Shown piece after piece: positions 51,959 to 55,908 of a stretch of DNA of 55,908 bases (position 1 is its first letter; each line of letters begins with the position of its first letter). Made by a program: the position numbers and the translations under genes. This DNA comes from an uncultured Solirubrobacteraceae bacterium (GTDB lineage Bacteria; Actinomycetota; Thermoleophilia; Solirubrobacterales; Solirubrobacteraceae): assembly GCA_964588985.1 (NCBI GenBank), contig CAZPQW010000023.1:1-55908 (forward strand), written 5' to 3'. Below the pieces are notes generated by a model, which was not told the origin of the DNA, searched no databases, and saw only the letters and a program-made list of their open reading frames with translations.

Positions 51959-54236
51959 CGCCGCCCGTCGGCGACGGCGATGCGGGCGGCGTGGAGGGGG
52001 GAGTCGCGCTCGGGGTTTCGTGAGAGGGAGAGGGCGTCGCCGGCGTGCTCGAGTGTTCGGGGCTGGGCGTCCCGGCGCCGGCTTTCGATTCCCCGCTCGT
52101 GCCGCCGGGAGTGCTCGACTTGCCGGTGCCTGTCGGTTTCGAGTTCTGGTTCGGAGTTGTCGCGGTGGACGACGTCGAGCTTGATTCCGAGGATTCGGTC
52201 GTCGTCGTGTTGGCGCCCGCGTGGGCGCCGGCGGCTTCGGCGACGTGTTCGGCTCGTTCTTTTTCGATCTGCAGCGCGGAGGTCATGAAGCTGTGCCAGA
52301 TCAGCGCGGGGAAGGTCCCGCCGAGCACCGGCTTGCCGCCGAACGCGGTCGTCATCGGCACGAGCTTGTTGGGGTAGCCGACCCACACGGCGACGGTGTA
52401 CTTGGAGTCCCAGCCGACGAACCACGCATCGCCGTAGTTCGAGGTGGTGCCCGTCTTGCCGGCCGCGAACTGGCCGATCGCGGCGGCCTTGCCGGTGCCG
52501 TACTGCAGCACCGTCTCGAGTACCGAGGTCTCGGTGGCGGCGATGCTCGCCGGCAGCACGCGCTTGGTGAGGACGCGGTTGGTGTCGTGGCGCGCGCCGT
52601 CCTGGAGGCGTTCGTGGCCGGCGGTGACTTCCTGGATGCCGACGGGCCCTTCGTCTTCGACCATGCTGCCGCTGACGCGCAGGCCGCCGTGGGCGATCGT
52701 CTCGTAGGCGTGCGCCATGTCCAGCGGCGTGACGCCGACGGTGAGCCCGCCGATCGTCATCGCGGGGTTCGTCGACAGCGGCGTGGTGATGCCCATCTTG
52801 TGGGCGAGGAGGGCGATGCGGCGTGTGCCGACCTTCAAGCCGACTTCCGCATAGATCGAGTTGTCTGAGAACGCGGTGGCGGCGGTCAGTGTGTTCGAGC
52901 CTGAGTAGGCGCCTTCGTCGTTGTGCACGACGAACTTTTCCAAACCGTGGGAGCTGTGAACGAAGAACACCTTCTGCTTGGAGGTCCACACCGAGTCGGG
53001 CGAGATGCCGGCCTCGAGCGCGGCCGCGAGGTCGAACGCCTTGAACGAGGAGCCTGGCTGGCGCTCGCCCTGGGTGGCGAGGTTGAATGGGCTTTCGTCG
53101 TAGTTGCGTCCGCCGACCATCGCGCGCACCTCGCCGGTGGAGTTTTCGATCGCTACGAGCGACGCGGTCGGGCCTTCGGGGCTGGCGAGGTAGCCGTTGA
53201 CGGCCTGTTCGGCGGAGCGCTGCAGGCCGAGGTCGAGCGTCGTCTTGATCCGCAGGCCGCCGTTGAACGCGCGCGGCGCGCCATAGCGTTCGATGATCTG
53301 CTGCTGCACCCAGCTGGTGAAGTAGCCGGCGTTGACGCCTTCGACCGTCTGCTCGTGCGGGGCCTGGATCTCGCTTGGCGCGGGGAGCGACTCGTTGACG
53401 CTCGCTTCGTACAGCGGTCTGGTCAGGTAGCCCTGTTGGAGCATCTGTTCGAGCACGACATCGCGTCGCCGTTTGGCGGCCATCGGGTGGTTCGCGGGGT
53501 CGTATCCGGTTGGCGAGCGGATTATTCCCGCGAGCAGCGCCGCCTCCCACGGCTGGAGCTCTTCGACGCACAGCTGCTTCCCGGGCATGCCGCAGCCGAG
53601 GTGGTTGACGTCGTGGCCGAAGTAGGTCTGCGCCGCGGCCTCGATGCCGTAGGCGCCGTTGCCGAAGTAGATCGTGTTGAGGTACGCCGTGATGATCTTG
53701 TCCTTCGACCACTTGTGCGAGAGCTGGTAGGCGAGCGCGGCCTCCCTGAGCTTCTCGAAGATCGTGCGGTGCGACTGGGCCTGCAGCGCGTTCTTGATGA
53801 ACTGCTGCTCGATGGTGGAGGCGCCCTGGACGCCGCCTTTGTGGCGGATGTCGGCGTAGAACGCGCGTGCGATGCCGCGGATGTCGATGCCGCTGTTGCC
53901 GTAGAAGCGCTTGTCCTCGATCGAGATCACCGCCTCCTTGACGATCCGCGGGATCTGGCTGGGCGTCACGATCACGCGGTTCTGCTGGCTGAGCACGCCG
54001 ATCGGGTGGCCGAGGTCGTCGGTCAGAACCGAGCTCTGCTCTTCCTTGAACTGGGAGAAGCGTGTCAGCGAGGGCAGGTCCGAGGCGACCGACACGAAGA
54101 TCCCGAACACGAACGAGACGAGGCCGAGGAGCAGGAGGGAGGAGAGGATCGCGAAGAAGCGCAGCCGCTTCAGCCGCGGCTTGCTCGTCGATCTCAGATC
54201 GGAAGGCGTTATGTCGGGGCGATCGTCATCGCTCAT
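51942..54236 (-). CDS. Class A penicillin-binding protein (transglycosylase/transpeptidase)
   Basis: EDKRFY, QGASTIEQQ, YLNTIYFG; SSFK, SDN, KTGT; N-terminal TM helix, Ser/Thr/Pro tail. Confidence 0.94.
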   Translation of the reverse strand: MSDDDRPDITPSDLRSTSKPRLKRLRFFAILSSLLLLGLVSFVFGIFVSVASDLPSLTRFSQFKEEQSSVLTDDLGHPIGVLSQQNRVIVTPSQIPRIVKEAVISIEDKRFYGNSGIDIRGIARAFYADIRHKGGVQGASTIEQQFIKNALQAQSHRTIFEKLREAALAYQLSHKWSKDKIITAYLNTIYFGNGAYGIEAAAQTYFGHDVNHLGCGMPGKQLCVEELQPWEAALLAGIIRSPTGYDPANHPMAAKRRRDVVLEQMLQQGYLTRPLYEASVNESLPAPSEIQAPHEQTVEGVNAGYFTSWVQQQIIERYGAPRAFNGGLRIKTTLDLGLQRSAEQAVNGYLASPEGPTASLVAIENSTGEVRAMVGGRNYDESPFNLATQGERQPGSSFKAFDLAAALEAGISPDSVWTSKQKVFFVHSSHGLEKFVVHNDEGAYSGSNTLTAATAFSDNSIYAEVGLKVGTRRIALLAHKMGITTPLSTNPAMTIGGLTVGVTPLDMAHAYETIAHGGLRVSGSMVEDEGPVGIQEVTAGHERLQDGARHDTNRVLTKRVLPASIAATETSVLETVLQYGTGKAAAIGQFAAGKTGTTSNYGDAWFVGWDSKYTVAVWVGYPNKLVPMTTAFGGKPVLGGTFPALIWHSFMTSALQIEKERAEHVAEAAGAHAGANTTTTESSESSSTSSTATTPNQNSKPTGTGKSSTPGGTSGESKAGAGTPSPEHSSTPATPSPSHETPSATPPSTPPASPSPTGGVSPGG

Positions 54237-54357
54237 CGGCTGCAGCGGAGCAGAGCCCTCCGCGTTTCGGGAGGCGTCGGTTTCGAGAACGCGAGCCGCC
54301 TGATTGCACGGCGCGGTGGGACCCCTCCGGATCGCGAGAGTCTAGCATTGGCATCCC

Positions 54358-55569
54358 ATGCCGAATCCCTCCGACGCGGCCGCGCGGGAAGCTGCACAGC
54401 TCGCCCGCAACGCCGTCGACAGCCTGCCCGCCGGGGCGCTCGCGGACAAGCTCCGCAAGGCCCGCGCCGAGGGACGCCAGCTGCGCGTGAAGCTCGGCAT
54501 CGACCCGACCGCGCCCGATATCCACCTGGGGCACGCGGTCGTGCTGGGGAAGCTGCGCGAGTTCCAGGACGCGGGCCACCGCGTGGTGCTGATCGTCGGC
54601 GACTACACCGCGCGCGTGGGCGACCCCTCGGGGCGCTCGAGCCTGCGGCCGATGCTCAGCGAGGAGGAGATCGACGCCAACGCCGCCACCTTCCAGGAGC
54701 AGGCGCTGAAGATCCTCGACGAGGATCCGGAGCGGCTGGAGGTGCGGTGCAACAGCGAGTGGCTGGACATGTCGATGATCGACATCCTGGGGCTGCTGCG
54801 CACGACGACGGTCGCGCAGCTGCTCGAGCGCGACGACTTCGCCAAACGGTTCTCGGCGCGCGAGCCGATCTCGATGCTCGAGCTGCTCTATCCGCTGCTG
54901 CAGGGCTATGACTCGGTCGCGATCCGCTCCGACGTGGAGATCGGCGGCACCGACCAGAAGTTCAACCTGCTGCTCGGGCGCGACATCCAGCGCGCCTACG
55001 GCCAGCCCGAGCAGGCGGTGCTGACGATGCCGATTCTCGTGGGGATCGACGGGCAGCGCAAGATGTCCAAGTCGCTCGGCAACCACATCGGGATCACCGA
55101 CGAGCCGCGGGAGATGTACGGCAAGACGATGGCGATCCCCGACGAGGCGATGGCCGAGTACCGCCGGCTGCTGCTGGGAGGCGAGCCCGCTCAGCCCGAG
55201 GGCGCCGAGCGCTCGCCGCGGGACGCCAAGCACGCGCTTGCGCTCGCCCTCGTGTCGTGGCTGCACGGCGAGCAGGCGGCGCGCGCGGCGGCCGAGCACT
55301 TCGATCGTGTGCATGTGCAGCGCGAAGCGCCGCAGCAGATCGACGAGGCGAGCTTCGAGGCCGAGGACGGGATGCTGCACCTCCCTGGATTGATCGCGAG
55401 CGAGTTCGAGATGTCGCGCTCGGACGCGCGCCGTCTGATCGACCAGGGCGCGGTGACGCTGGGCGAGGAGCCGCTTGCGGCGGGCGAGCACGACGTCTCG
55501 AGCGAGCGCGCGGACGGCCAGGTCCTGAAGGTCGGCAGGCGCCGTTTTCGTCGTCTGCGGGCAGGCTGA
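54358..55569 (+). CDS. tyrS: Tyrosine-tRNA ligase
   Basis: GIDPTAPDIHLGH, YPLLQGYDS, GGTDQKFN, KMSKS, C-terminal S4 domain. Confidence 0.97.
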   Translation: MPNPSDAAAREAAQLARNAVDSLPAGALADKLRKARAEGRQLRVKLGIDPTAPDIHLGHAVVLGKLREFQDAGHRVVLIVGDYTARVGDPSGRSSLRPMLSEEEIDANAATFQEQALKILDEDPERLEVRCNSEWLDMSMIDILGLLRTTTVAQLLERDDFAKRFSAREPISMLELLYPLLQGYDSVAIRSDVEIGGTDQKFNLLLGRDIQRAYGQPEQAVLTMPILVGIDGQRKMSKSLGNHIGITDEPREMYGKTMAIPDEAMAEYRRLLLGGEPAQPEGAERSPRDAKHALALALVSWLHGEQAARAAAEHFDRVHVQREAPQQIDEASFEAEDGMLHLPGLIASEFEMSRSDARRLIDQGAVTLGEEPLAAGEHDVSSERADGQVLKVGRRRFRRLRAG

Positions 55570-55591
55570 CCGCACGCCGCCGCGAGAGCGC

Positions 55592-55691
55592 TATACTCCC
55601 CGGTCGGCTCGCAGGCGCCCCTGGGCGTGAGTCGGATCGGTCTCCTCCAGAAGGAACCCCTTTCGGTGAGGCTTGGCGGTCTTTGAAAACT
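55592..55691 (+). promoter_or_regulatory. rrn promoter (-10 TATACT, 55592-55597) and boxA-like antitermination site (GGTCTTTGAAAACT, 55678-55691)
   Basis: Motifs in the expected order upstream of 16S. Confidence 0.65.
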
Positions 55692-55877
55692 CAACAGCAT
55701 GCGCATCTACGATCATTCGTGATCGTGGTGTGCGTCCAGGTTCGACCCGCCGACGGGAGCGCTTCGTGCGCGACCGGGTGGCGGTCAAGAGTCAAGTAGA
55801 AGCAGTACCCCGTCATGGATGCGGGACCACGGTGTATAGGTCCCGCGGTAGTGCCATGACAGCTTTTCGTGAAGTTC

Positions 55878-55908
55878 TTCACGGAGAGTTTGATCCTGGC
55901 TCAGGACG
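55878..55908 (+). rRNA. rrs: 16S rRNA, 5' end (truncated by window)
   Basis: AGAGTTTGATCCTGGCTCAGGACG (27F site) starting at 55885. Confidence 0.95.

Noticed and set aside
54237-54357. T-box leader for tyrS
   Set aside because: Region too short, no T-box consensus seen, and the -10 lies right before the start codon

Overview
High-GC actinobacterial chromosome segment, most likely Thermoleophilia/Solirubrobacterales (inferred from gene content and the style of the secreted proteins). The backbone is housekeeping: branched-chain amino-acid genes (ilvB', ilvN, ilvC, leuA, leuCDB, ilvE, cimA), a classical menaquinone cluster (menF, D, H, C, A, B, E) placed between ilvN and ilvC, serC-serA behind a ZMP/ZTP riboswitch, leuA behind a Leu-rich leader peptide, then argH, mpg, a class A PBP, tyrS and the start of a 16S rRNA gene. 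Three accessory inserts stand out. (1) A TIR-TM-extracellular receptor-like gene with a secreted partner (5.3-8.35 kb). (2) A three-gene SNF2-helicase/nuclease, DUF1156-type methylase, DUF499-type ATPase defence-like cassette (21.8-30.8 kb), bracketed by a perfect 33-bp direct repeat that is the 3' end of the neighbouring Uma2 nuclease gene, with no integrase. (3) A four-gene secreted-protein locus (40.7-48.5 kb) next to a double-TetR gene; its two small paralogs encode every Glu as GAA (57/57 by hand count), most Lys as AAA, nearly lack Asp, and share an upstream 18-bp motif. All family calls come from motif recognition by eye, not from database searches.
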